A stretch of 64,000 nt of DNA from Rhodobacterales bacterium (lineage in GTDB: Bacteria > Pseudomonadota > Alphaproteobacteria > Rhodobacterales > Rhodobacteraceae). Below, in pieces: positions 25,089 through 34,357 of this stretch. The notes under the pieces are model-generated. The model did not search any database. It worked only from the letters and a program-made list of their open reading frames with translations, and was not told the origin of the DNA. The DNA lies in contig JBBQXK010000008.1 in assembly GCA_038209775.1 (NCBI GenBank), forward strand, positions 6,649 to 70,648, given 5' to 3'. Each line of letters begins with the position of its first letter. Positions within the stretch are counted from its first letter, which is position 1. The position numbers and the translations under genes were made by a program.

Positions 25089-26008
25089 TTGCTCCGGGTG
25101 GGACGGTCGAAGACCTTTTTGCCCATCAAGGACCCAACAAGGTCCACGATCAGGCGGGCGGTCATGCCGCGGTCGTCGAGGAAGGGGTTGAGTTCGACAA
25201 GGTCGAGGGATGTGACCAGACCCGATTCGTGCAGAAGCTCCATCACCAGATGCGCCTCACGGAAAGTGGTGCCACCGGGCACGGTGGTACCGACGGCGGG
25301 GGCGATGGCGGGGTCGAGGAAATCGACGTCGAGCGAGACGTGCAGCATGCCCTGGCGTTCGGCGACCAGTTCAAGGAAGGCGCGAAGGGGGGCGACGATG
25401 CCGTGTTCGTCAAGAACGCGCATGTCGTTGATCGCGATGTCATGGTCCAGAAGTGCGGCGTGTTCGGCGGGATCGACGCTGCGGATGCCGTAGAGGCAGA
25501 TGCGGTCGGCGGGGATCGGGGCCGGGAAGGGGGGGAAGGCATCGAACCCCGCGCGGCCGGCGATGTAGGCCACGGGGGTTCCGTGCAGGTTGCCGCTGGT
25601 GGTGGTCATCGGCGTGTGGAAATCGGAATGGGCGTCGAGCCACAACAGGAACAGCGGGCGGTCCTGACGTTTGGCAAAGGTGGCGGCCCCCGAGACCGAG
25701 CCCAGAGCCAGCGAATGGTCGCCACCAAGGATGATCGGCAGGGCCCCTGCCGACAGGGCATCATCGACGCGGTCGGCGAGGGTGTCGGTCCACGCCAGGG
25801 TTTCGGCCAGCGAATGCACCGCCGGGTTGGGGTGGGGCAGGGGCGCCACGTCGGGCAAAGGCAGGTCGCCCCAGTCATCCACCGTATGGCCCATGCTGCG
25901 GATCGCCTGCGCGAGGCCGGCCACACGGTAGGCCGCCGGGCCCATCAGGCAGCCGGGGCGTTTCTGCCCGGTATCGATGGGGGCGCCGATAAGGACGGTC
26001 TGGGGCAT
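25085..26008 (-). CDS. rocF: Arginase
   Basis: Ureohydrolase Mn-binding blocks GGDHSLA, LWLDAHSDFHTP, SLDVDFLDP. Operonic with ocd (arginine to ornithine to proline). Confidence 0.9.
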   Translation of the reverse strand: MPQTVLIGAPIDTGQKRPGCLMGPAAYRVAGLAQAIRSMGHTVDDWGDLPLPDVAPLPHPNPAVHSLAETLAWTDTLADRVDDALSAGALPIILGGDHSLALGSVSGAATFAKRQDRPLFLLWLDAHSDFHTPMTTTSGNLHGTPVAYIAGRAGFDAFPPFPAPIPADRICLYGIRSVDPAEHAALLDHDIAINDMRVLDEHGIVAPLRAFLELVAERQGMLHVSLDVDFLDPAIAPAVGTTVPGGTTFREAHLVMELLHESGLVTSLDLVELNPFLDDRGMTARLIVDLVGSLMGKKVFDRPTRSK

Positions 26009-26116
26009 GGCATTCTCCTTTCAGCGCAGGGTCTGCGCATCTTGCGGCGGTTGCCAGCGGTGAAAACGGTCGATACGGGGTATGGATTACGCGAAACGGC
26101 AAGGGAGACGACCGGA

Positions 26117-26548
26117 ATGGACGATACGGACATCCGCCTGATCGGAGAGCTGCGCCGCGACGGGCGGGCGGCGCTGTCGGATCTGGCGAACCGGCTGGGT
26201 CTGAGCCGCACCACCGTGCGGGCGCGGATGGAGCGGCTGGCGGCGCGGGGCGAGATTGCGGGGTTTAGCGTGCTGACGCGGGCGGATGTGACGGCGGCGC
26301 CGGTGCGGGGCCTGATGCTGATCGGGATCGAGGGGCGGGGGGCGGAGCGGATCATGGCGCGGCTGAGCGGGTTGCCGCAGGTGATGGCTGTGCATTCGAC
26401 CAACGGGCGGTGGGATCTGATTGCCGAACTTGGGGCGCAGACGTTGCAGGAACTGGACGAGGTGATCTTTCGCATCCGCGAGGTCGAGGGGGTGATGTCG
26501 AGCGAGACGAACCTGTTGTTGTCGACGCGCAAGGCGGGGCGGCGGTAG
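26117..26548 (+). CDS. Lrp/AsnC-family transcriptional regulator
   Basis: 143 aa. N-terminal HTH (D..LI..L..DGR....DLA..LGLSR.TV..R...L) plus a RAM/AsnC_trans_reg domain. Divergent from the arginase operon. It is the 3' part of the artefactual ORF 24935..26548. Confidence 0.85.
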   Translation: MDDTDIRLIGELRRDGRAALSDLANRLGLSRTTVRARMERLAARGEIAGFSVLTRADVTAAPVRGLMLIGIEGRGAERIMARLSGLPQVMAVHSTNGRWDLIAELGAQTLQELDEVIFRIREVEGVMSSETNLLLSTRKAGRR

Positions 26549-26699
26549 ACGCGGTTGGCCGGCGGCGCGCTTGTTCAGCCGTGGGCAACGGGGGGTTTCA
26601 CACCCCCCGCACCCCCCGTGGAGTATTTGTGCAAGGTGAAGCGGGAAGAGCGCCGCGTTCTTGCCGCCCGCTGCCGGATCGGCTAGGACGCGGGCGGCA

Positions 26700-26775
26700 G
26701 GGTGATTAGCTCAGTTGGTAGAGCGTCTCGTTTACACCGAGAATGTCGGCGGTTCGAGCCCGTCATCACCCACCA
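26700..26775 (+). tRNA. tRNA-Val (anticodon TAC)
   Basis: Manual cloverleaf: acceptor GGGTGAT/ATCACCC, D arm GCTC-AGTTGGTA-GAGC, anticodon stem TCTCG/CGAGA with loop TT-TAC-AC, T arm GGCGG-TTCGAGC-CCGTC, and an encoded CCA. Confidence 0.95.
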
Positions 26776-26784
26776 TCAGCCCCC

Positions 26785-29700
26785 CTATTCAGCCGCGTGT
26801 GGCGTGGCGGTGCGCAGGCCCGGGCGGGATGCGGATTCGAGGTCACCGACGCGGCCCGACAACAGGCTGGTGTCGACCGTCAGTTGCCCGACGCGCGAGG
26901 CGAGCGCATGGGTGTCGACATCCTCAGGTTCCTGTTCCTTGGCGCCGACGACGCCGCGGAAGATGCGGGCGAGGAGGTTCGAGAGGTCGTCCATGATGAG
27001 GAAGAACGACGGCACCACGATCAGCGACAGGACGGTGGACACGATGATGCCGCCGATCACCGCCGTCGCCATGGGGGCGCGGAACGAGCCGCCTTCGCCG
27101 ACGCCGAGCGCCGAGGGCAGCATACCTGCGGACATCGCGATGGAGGTCATCACGATGGGCTGGGCGCGTTTGTGGCCGGCCTCGATCACCGCCTGAAGGC
27201 GGGTCATGCCGCGCACCCGCATCTCGATCGCGAAGTCGATGAGGAGGATGGCGTTCTTGGTGACGATGCCCATCAGCATCAGGATGCCGATGAGGACCGG
27301 CATCGACAGGGCACTATCGGTCAGGATCAGCGCCGCCGCCACGCCGCCGATGGCGAGGGGCAGCGAGAAGAGGATGGTGAAGGGCTGGATGACCGAGCCG
27401 AACAAGAGAATCAGCACGGTCAGCACCAGCATCAGGCCCATGATCATCGCATTGCCGAACGAGGCCATCAGTTCCTGCTGCACCTCGGCGTCGCCTGCTT
27501 CGGCCACGCGGACACCGGGGGGGAGGGTGACAAGGGGGGCTATGCCGTTGGCGGGGTCGCCGAACACCACTTCGTTGACGCGGGCCGAGGCGGTGCCAAG
27601 GGCGACACCGACGGGAAGGTTTGCGCCGATGGACGCGAGGCGTTCGCGGTTCAGGCGTTCCACCGTGGCCGGGCCTTCGGCAATCGCGATATCGGCCACG
27701 GCCGACAGGGGCACCGTGGCGCCGGTTGCGGTGGTGATACGCAAGGCGCTGATCCGGGCGAGGTCTTCGCGCGAGGCGTTATCAAGGCGGACGCGGACCG
27801 GGATCAGGCGGTTGTCGAGCGACAGTTTCGCCAGCGCCGCGTCGATGTCGCCGATGGTGGCCACGCGGACCACGGACGCGATGGCGGCGGTGGTGATGCC
27901 CAGACGTGCGGCCTCTTCGGCGCGGGGGGTGATCTGAATTTCGGGGCGTGGCAGGGCGCCTTCAGAGGCGACGTTGGCCAGAAGGGGATCGCCTGACAGC
28001 GCCTCTTCCAGAAGCGCCACGGCCTGATTGAGGCTGGCCTCGTCATCCGAGAGGATCGAGAAGGAAATGTCACGCTCACCCCGGTCGTTCAGCTTGAAGG
28101 CGCGGATGTCGGGCACCGATGCGAGGCGGCGGAAAATTTCGGCCTCGACCTGATTTTGGGGAATGGTGCGGCCCTTGTTTTCAACTTCGGGGACGAAGGG
28201 GCCGATGACCGGGATCTTGCGGGCGGTCTGGCTGAGTTTCAGCAACAGGCCATGGTCCAGCCGGTTCAACAGCACGGTGACCGAGGCGCGGCGCACGTCC
28301 TGATCGCCGGTGGGGGATGAGCCGCCAAGGACGAAGATGTCGCGCACGCCTTCCACATCCCTGATCGCCGCGACCATGGCCTGCGTTGTACGGTCGGTTT
28401 CGTCGAGCGTGGAGCCCGGCGGCAGTTCGACCGAGATCGGGATGCGGCTGACGTCTTCGGGCGGGATGAACGATCCCGGCACCTTGAGCATGAAGTGGAT
28501 CGACACCGCCAGGATGCCGATGGCCCCCACCAGCGTGATGTAGCGGGCGGGAAAGCGGAAGGTGGCGGGGCGGAACATGGCCCCGATGACCGGCAGATAG
28601 CGCAGCGGGTACAAGAGCCACAGCGGGTTGGGCAGACGCGGGCCGACGCCGGTGGTCTTGGCGACCACCCAGAGGTAGCCGCGCATGAAGAGGCCATCTT
28701 TGTGGTCGCCGTGGCCTTGGGCGTCCTTGGTGGTCATCAGGTAGGCGGCCATCATCGGGGTGATGAGGCGCGCCACCAGAAGTGAGAACAGCACGGCAAT
28801 GGCGACGGTGAGGCCGAATTGTCGGAAATACTGACCCGGGATGCCGGGCATGAACGACACCGGCACGAACACCGCGACGATGGTGAAGGTGGTGGCGATG
28901 ACGGCAAGGCCGATTTCATCTGCCGCCTCGATGGCCGCGCGGTAGGGGGTTTTGCCCATGCGGATGTGGCGGGCGATGTTCTCGATTTCCACGATGGCGT
29001 CATCGACAAGGATGCCGGTGGCAAGGGTCAGGGCGAGGAACGACACGAGGTTGAGCGAGAAGCCCAGAAGGTCCATCACCCAGAACGTCGGCACCGCCGA
29101 CAGGGGCAGGGCCACGGCGGTGATGAGCGTGGCACGCCAGTTCTTCAGGAAGGCGAACACCACGAGGACGGCCAGAAGGGCACCCTCCAGGAGGGTATGG
29201 AGCGCGGCCTCGTAATTGCCATAGGTGTAGAACACCGTCTCATCGACCAGCTTGATCGCCACCTGGGGGTGGTCGGTCTTGATCTTGTCGAGCGTGGCAT
29301 TGACCACCTCGGCCACCGACACCTCGGACGCACCCTTGGCGCGGAACACCGAGAAGGTGACCACCTGTTCGCCGTTCAGGCGCGAGAAAGAGCGAAGTTC
29401 CTCATAGGTATCAATGATTTCGCCAAGGTCGGTCAGGCGCACGAAGCGGCCCGAGGGGGTGGCGATGGTCATTGTGGCAAGGTCGGCCACGGTACCCGCA
29501 TCGCCAAGGGTGCGGATCGCCTGTTCGCCCGCACCGAGTTCCGAGCGGCCCGAGCCGAGGTTGGCGTTGGTGGCCGACAACTGCTGTGACACGGCCTGTG
29601 CGGTGATGCCGTAGCTGTCGAGCTTGATCGGGTCGAGTTCGATGCGGATCTCGCGGTCGGCCCCGCCGTAGCGGTCGACGCGGCCGATGCCGGGGCGGCC

Positions 29701-30198
29701 CTGCAGGGCGCGGGTGATGGTGTCATCGACGAACCACGACAACTCCTCGATGGACAGGTCGGGCGCGGACACGCCGAAGGTCATGATCGCCTGACCTTCG
29801 ACGTCGATGCGGGTGACGATCGGGGCCTCGATATCACCCGGCAGGTCGCCGCGGATCTGGTCGATGGCATCCTTGGTGTCCTGCACGGCCTTTTCGGTGG
29901 GCACGTCCATGCGGAATTCGATGACGGTGGTCGAGCTTCCGTCGGTGACGGTGGAGGTAACACTTTTGACGCCGGTGATGCCTGCGACGGCATCCTCGAT
30001 TTCCTTGGTGACCTGCGCCTCCATCTCGGCGGGGGCGGCGCCGGACTGGCCGACGTTCACGGCCACAAGGGGCACGTCGATGTTGGGGAAACGGGTGATC
30101 GGCAGGGCGTTGAATGCCTGCCAGCCGAGGACCATCAGGATGAAGAAGGCCAGAAGGGGGGCGATGGGGTTGCGGATGGACCAGGCGGAAAAGTTCAT
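26785..30198 (-). CDS. RND efflux transporter permease (AcrB/HAE1-like)
   Basis: 1137 aa, 12-TM RND architecture with two large periplasmic loops. N-terminus MNFSAWSIRNPI, typical of the AcrB family. Downstream of the MFP gene. Confidence 0.93.
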   Translation of the reverse strand: MNFSAWSIRNPIAPLLAFFILMVLGWQAFNALPITRFPNIDVPLVAVNVGQSGAAPAEMEAQVTKEIEDAVAGITGVKSVTSTVTDGSSTTVIEFRMDVPTEKAVQDTKDAIDQIRGDLPGDIEAPIVTRIDVEGQAIMTFGVSAPDLSIEELSWFVDDTITRALQGRPGIGRVDRYGGADREIRIELDPIKLDSYGITAQAVSQQLSATNANLGSGRSELGAGEQAIRTLGDAGTVADLATMTIATPSGRFVRLTDLGEIIDTYEELRSFSRLNGEQVVTFSVFRAKGASEVSVAEVVNATLDKIKTDHPQVAIKLVDETVFYTYGNYEAALHTLLEGALLAVLVVFAFLKNWRATLITAVALPLSAVPTFWVMDLLGFSLNLVSFLALTLATGILVDDAIVEIENIARHIRMGKTPYRAAIEAADEIGLAVIATTFTIVAVFVPVSFMPGIPGQYFRQFGLTVAIAVLFSLLVARLITPMMAAYLMTTKDAQGHGDHKDGLFMRGYLWVVAKTTGVGPRLPNPLWLLYPLRYLPVIGAMFRPATFRFPARYITLVGAIGILAVSIHFMLKVPGSFIPPEDVSRIPISVELPPGSTLDETDRTTQAMVAAIRDVEGVRDIFVLGGSSPTGDQDVRRASVTVLLNRLDHGLLLKLSQTARKIPVIGPFVPEVENKGRTIPQNQVEAEIFRRLASVPDIRAFKLNDRGERDISFSILSDDEASLNQAVALLEEALSGDPLLANVASEGALPRPEIQITPRAEEAARLGITTAAIASVVRVATIGDIDAALAKLSLDNRLIPVRVRLDNASREDLARISALRITTATGATVPLSAVADIAIAEGPATVERLNRERLASIGANLPVGVALGTASARVNEVVFGDPANGIAPLVTLPPGVRVAEAGDAEVQQELMASFGNAMIMGLMLVLTVLILLFGSVIQPFTILFSLPLAIGGVAAALILTDSALSMPVLIGILMLMGIVTKNAILLIDFAIEMRVRGMTRLQAVIEAGHKRAQPIVMTSIAMSAGMLPSALGVGEGGSFRAPMATAVIGGIIVSTVLSLIVVPSFFLIMDDLSNLLARIFRGVVGAKEQEPEDVDTHALASRVGQLTVDTSLLSGRVGDLESASRPGLRTATPHAAE

Positions 30199-30213
30199 GA
30201 CTGCGTTGCCCCG

Positions 30214-31380
30214 TCAGTTCGTCACGGCAGGAACCGGGTTGATCCGGTCGCCGTCGCGGACAAAGGCGCCGGCCTTTGTCACAACCGTCTCGCCCGGTGC
30301 GAGCCCCTCGGTAATCTCGACCCAGCCGCTGTCGCGGATGCCGGTCTTGACGGCGATGCGTTCGACCAGTCCGTCGCGCACCCGCATCACGGCAGGCTTG
30401 CCTTCGAACGTACCCACGGCGGTGACCGGGATGGCGGCGGTGTCGCGTTCGGCCACGATGATTTCGGCATCTGCGAACATGCCTGCAACCATCGGCGAGC
30501 CGGGTTCGATGGAGATGCGGACGCCGCCCAGACGGGTGGTGCTGTCGATCAGCGGTGACACCAGCCGGATCTTGCCGGTCAGGGGTTCCGTCATGCCGAC
30601 GCCACGGATCAGGGTGCGCTGGCCGGGCTTCAGGCGGATGAGGTCCGTCTCGGCCACCTCGGCGTTCAGTTCCAGTTCGTTGTCACGCACGATGATGAAC
30701 ATCGGCTGACCTGCGGCACTGGCGATGCCGCCGACCTGGGCGTTGCGTTCGACGATCTGGCCGGCCACGGGGGACTTTACGTCGGTGCGGTTGCGTTGCA
30801 GTTCGATATTGGCAAGCTGCGCTTCGGCCAGCGTCACCTGCGCCCGCGCCGCCGCCTGCGACTGGCGGGCCACAAGGACGCGGGCGGTGGCAGAGAGGGC
30901 GGACGATTGCGCCTGTTCGGTGGCGGCCTGGGTGGCGTTGCCGCGTTCCTTGAGCGCCTTGGTACGCTGATAGACGCGTTGCGCCTCGTCGTCCGAGGCC
31001 TGCGATTCCAGCAGCTGCGCATCGGCCTGGGCCACAGTGGCGCGGGCGGCGGCAAGGGATGCCTCGAACTGGGCGCGTTGCAGGTCAAGCGTGGTGACCG
31101 ACAGGGTGGCGAGCGTCTGGCCCTCGGCCACCATATCGCCGACATCTGCGGTCAGTGTTTCGATCGGCTGGCCTTCGATCAGGGGTTGCACCTGCACCCG
31201 CTCGACCGCACCGACAAAGCCCGACGCCAGCACCCGGTCGCGCATCGGGCGGGTGCCCACCGATGATACGGTGATGGCGGGCAGGCTGGCGGCGGCCGGT
31301 TCGGCAGGCGCTGCCGTTTCGGCAAGGGCGGCAAGCGGCATCAGCGACAGGAGTGCGGCGAGGGACAGACGGAGCATCAT
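30214..31380 (-). CDS. RND efflux periplasmic adaptor (membrane fusion protein, HlyD family)
   Basis: Signal peptide, coiled-coil hairpin (Q/A-rich), and barrel-sandwich and beta-barrel segments. Overlaps the tetR stop by 4 nt. Confidence 0.9.
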   Translation of the reverse strand: MMLRLSLAALLSLMPLAALAETAAPAEPAAASLPAITVSSVGTRPMRDRVLASGFVGAVERVQVQPLIEGQPIETLTADVGDMVAEGQTLATLSVTTLDLQRAQFEASLAAARATVAQADAQLLESQASDDEAQRVYQRTKALKERGNATQAATEQAQSSALSATARVLVARQSQAAARAQVTLAEAQLANIELQRNRTDVKSPVAGQIVERNAQVGGIASAAGQPMFIIVRDNELELNAEVAETDLIRLKPGQRTLIRGVGMTEPLTGKIRLVSPLIDSTTRLGGVRISIEPGSPMVAGMFADAEIIVAERDTAAIPVTAVGTFEGKPAVMRVRDGLVERIAVKTGIRDSGWVEITEGLAPGETVVTKAGAFVRDGDRINPVPAVTN

Positions 31381-32030
31381 GCGGGCTTTCGGGCGATAAG
31401 GGGGATGGCAGGCAGCGCGTCGGCGGCCACGGCGTCAAGGGTGTCGTCGATGATACGCAGGACCATCTCGGTCAGATGCATGTCTTGCGCATCGCGTTCG
31501 GCAGGCTGCATCGTGCAGGCCTTGACCAGCATCACGATCAGGCGCGCGCGGGTGCCGTGGCGTGCCAGTGCCACCTCGGGCGAAGTGTTTGTCACGCGGG
31601 CAAAGATCGACGTGAGATGCGCCACGATGGCCATTTCCATCCGCTGGGCGGCAGCACCGATTTCGGGCTTGCGCAGGGCGGCGGCGGTAATCTCGGCCCA
31701 GATCTGGCCATCGGCGGCGCATTCCTCAAGCGTCACGCGGGCGCGGATCTTGGCGCGCAATGCCTCCATCGGTTGCGGGGCGGTCAGGATGGTGCCGAAA
31801 TCCTGTTCCATCTCGGCAAGGTCACCGGCAATCAGCGCCTCGACGATGGCCGCCTTGGAGGGGAAATAGCGATAGAAGTTGCCAACGCTCATCCCCGCCG
31901 TGCGGGCGAGGTCCTGCATGGATGCGCCGTCGAAGCCCTTTTCGGCAAAGGCCTGACGCACGGACATGAGGATGCCCGCGATACGTTGGTCCAGAAAGGC
32001 CGGGGTATGGATCGGAAGGGAAGTTGCCAT
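31377..32030 (-). CDS. TetR-family transcriptional regulator (first gene of the efflux operon)
   Basis: N-terminal HTH A...F.EKGFDG.SMQDLAR.AGMSVGNFYRYF.SK. Start chosen at ATG 32030, which has GAGG upstream; the ORF track extends to 32072. Confidence 0.85.
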   Translation of the reverse strand: MATSLPIHTPAFLDQRIAGILMSVRQAFAEKGFDGASMQDLARTAGMSVGNFYRYFPSKAAIVEALIAGDLAEMEQDFGTILTAPQPMEALRAKIRARVTLEECAADGQIWAEITAAALRKPEIGAAAQRMEMAIVAHLTSIFARVTNTSPEVALARHGTRARLIVMLVKACTMQPAERDAQDMHLTEMVLRIIDDTLDAVAADALPAIPLIARKPA

Positions 32031-32058
32031 CGCCTCGCCTGATGCCGCAGCGCGGCAA

Positions 32059-32074
32059 GAATGAATGTTCATTC
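32059..32074. promoter_or_regulatory. Perfect 16-bp palindrome GAATGAA-TG-TTCATTC, candidate TetR operator
   Basis: 7-bp perfect inverted arms with a 2-nt spacer, 29 nt upstream of the tetR ATG, in an otherwise GC-rich region. Confidence 0.5.
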
Positions 32075-32580
32075 AGGAGATAGGCAATAGGGCAGAAAGG
32101 TCAATACCGGACATGAAAGGCCGGGCGCATGACCGCGCGTTTTCGATGGGCTTGCACCAGTACGGCCCGAAAAATCAGCTTTCCCGATGCCAGACAGGTA
32201 CGCGGCACCACAAAAGCCTGGCCACCGTTGGCTGTCCCGCAGGTTGGCGGCGTATCATTGGGGCAAAAGCACCTCTGGTGGCGGGTCGTTGCCGCCACCG
32301 CAGACCGCGACGCAGACAAGGATCAGGACCATCAGCGGGATCAGGACGCCGCCCGCCTTTGCGCAGCACATGAAAGGCATCGCGCAGGGGAACTTGTCGG
32401 CGTTGGGTGGGGCGGGGGCAGGTACTATGTGCCGAACGTCCAGTCCCACAGGGCCAGAGCCGCTCTTTCGTCATGGTGGCGCTGGTGTTGTGCTGTGGCG
32501 CGCAGGGCCTCTGCTGTCGCGGCACTTTCCGTGGCGCGCGCCCCGTTCCATATTGGCAGCACCCCCGAAAGGAACGCGTG

Positions 32581-33519
32581 ATGAGCTGGAACCCCGCACT
32601 CGACCCCCACATCCCCATCGGCGATGCGGTGGACAGTATTGAAACCGTCATCGTCCCCCGCGCCCGCGATCTGGGCGGGTTCGAGGTGCGGCGGGCGTTG
32701 CCGTCGGTGGCGCGGCAGATGGTGGGGCCGTTCATCTTTTTCGACCAGATGGGCCCGGCCGAGTTCCTGACCGGGCAGGGCATCGACGTGCGTCCCCATC
32801 CGCATATCGGACTTGGGACGGTGACTTACCTGATGCGCGGGCGCATCCATCATCGCGACAGTCTGGGCACCGACCAGTGGATCGAACCCGGCGCAGTCAA
32901 CTGGATGCTGGCGGGGAAGGGGATCACCCATTCGGAACGCACTGACGGTACATCAAGAGCCGCGCCGATGTCCTTGTTCGGATTGCAGACCTGGCTTGCC
33001 CTGCCGCTGGCGCACGAAGATGACCCTGCCGAATTCGTCCATACCCCCGCCGCCGCGCTGCCGGTGCTGGAGGGTGAGGGCAAGGCGGTGCGCCTGATCA
33101 TGGGCACCGCCTGGGGTGAGCATGCGCCGTTGGCGCTGCCGCTGGACCTGTTCTATGCCGACGCGACGCTGGCACCCGGTGCCGCCATTCCGCTGCCGGA
33201 CGATCACGAGGACCGGGGGGTCTATGTGCTGGCGGGCGAGGTGACGGTGGGCGGGCAGACGTTTCCTGAAGGCCGCATGCTGGTGTTCCGCCCGGGTGAC
33301 AGGATTTCGCTGCGGGCAGGCGACAAGGGTGCGCGGTTGATGATGCTTGGCGGGGCCACGATGGACGGGCCACGCTTCATCTGGTGGAACTTCGTGGCGT
33401 CATCGCGCGACCGCATTGACGCCGCGCGTGAGGCGTGGCGCGCAGGCGACTGGGCACACGGGCGGTTCAGGTTGCCGTCGGGGGATGATGCCGAATGGAC
33501 GCCGGCACCGGACCGCTAG
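32581..33519 (+). CDS. Pirin-family protein
   Basis: G.GF.V.R.LP......VGPFIFFD.MGP...........PHPH.GL.TVTYL..G...HRDS.G bicupin signature. ATG at 32581; the ORF track starts at 32407. Confidence 0.9.
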   Translation: MSWNPALDPHIPIGDAVDSIETVIVPRARDLGGFEVRRALPSVARQMVGPFIFFDQMGPAEFLTGQGIDVRPHPHIGLGTVTYLMRGRIHHRDSLGTDQWIEPGAVNWMLAGKGITHSERTDGTSRAAPMSLFGLQTWLALPLAHEDDPAEFVHTPAAALPVLEGEGKAVRLIMGTAWGEHAPLALPLDLFYADATLAPGAAIPLPDDHEDRGVYVLAGEVTVGGQTFPEGRMLVFRPGDRISLRAGDKGARLMMLGGATMDGPRFIWWNFVASSRDRIDAAREAWRAGDWAHGRFRLPSGDDAEWTPAPDR

Positions 33520-34349
33520 CCGTGGGGGGCATAGCCGGGGCAGGCGGCCAGCAGGCCCTCGACAGCCGCCGCCACTTCGCCGGGCTTTTCCCAATGGGGG
33601 TTGTGTCCGGTGTTCGCGATGACCAGGCGGGTTGCAAGGGGCAGGCAATGCGCCGTTTGTGCCAGATGGGACGGCGGAAACAGCGGGTCGTCCGTGCCAT
33701 GCAGGATCAGGCCCGGCACCGAGATTGAACCTGCAGCCAAGGTCAGATCAGCCGCCCCCAGCAAGGCCAGACAGCGCAGCCAATCGGCACGGCGCATGCC
33801 GGTGCAGGCCGCCTTGAGTTTTGCCGTGAATGCGGGCGGTACGGGGTTCCGGGTGTGGTACCATTCTGCCAGAAAAGGGGCGTCGGGCGGCAGCGGGTCC
33901 GGTAGCGCCGCCACTTGGCGGGCGATGTCGGACAGGGTCGGGCTTGCGGGTTGCAGGCTGCCGGAAAGCAAGACCATGCCCAGCATCGGCAGGGGGTGCC
34001 GGGATGCCAGCAATACCGCCACGAGCGCGCCCATCGAATGCCCCAGCACGACCGCCGGTGGCAGCCGCATCACGCGCGCCGCCGCCGTGACGTCGGCGGC
34101 AAGATCATCAAGCGCGGTGATATCGGCGCGGAACGAGGCGCCGTGGCCGCGCAAATCGAACATCACGATGTGGCGGCCCGGCAGATGCGGCAGCAACAGC
34201 TGAAAACTATGCGCGCAATCGGTCAGGCCGTGCAGGAAGATGAGACAAGGCCCGGCACCAGTCTGGACATGGGCCGACAGCCACCCGCCACCGGGCAGAT
34301 CGACCCTTTGAGCGGATGGAAATGCGGGCAGTCTGTCCAACTGCCCTGC
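33516..34349 (-). CDS. Alpha/beta-fold hydrolase
   Basis: HG motif (IFLHGL) and nucleophile elbow GHSMGA. C-terminal His (GH). Start chosen at Met 34349, 9 nt after the upstream gene's stop. Confidence 0.8.
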   Translation of the reverse strand, partial: AGQLDRLPAFPSAQRVDLPGGGWLSAHVQTGAGPCLIFLHGLTDCAHSFQLLLPHLPGRHIVMFDLRGHGASFRADITALDDLAADVTAAARVMRLPPAVVLGHSMGALVAVLLASRHPLPMLGMVLLSGSLQPASPTLSDIARQVAALPDPLPPDAPFLAEWYHTRNPVPPAFTAKLKAACTGMRRADWLRCLALLGAADLTLAAGSISVPGLILHGTDDPLFPPSHLAQTAHCLPLATRLVIANTGHNPHWEKPGEVAAAVEGLLAACPGYAPHG

Positions 34350-34357
34350 CATGGCGT

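Noticed and set aside
24935-26548. 537-aa plus-strand ORF spanning the arginase locus
   Set aside because: Only the last 143 codons (from ATG 26117) form a coherent Lrp/AsnC regulator. The upstream part is antisense to ocd and arginase and translates to Gly/Arg/Asp-rich low-complexity sequence.
26785-30198. The RND permease is about 90 aa longer than typical AcrB-type pumps, suggesting a fusion
   Set aside because: The extra length is explained by a longer cytoplasmic linker before TM7 and a ~50-aa hydrophilic C-terminal tail. No additional domain signature is visible.
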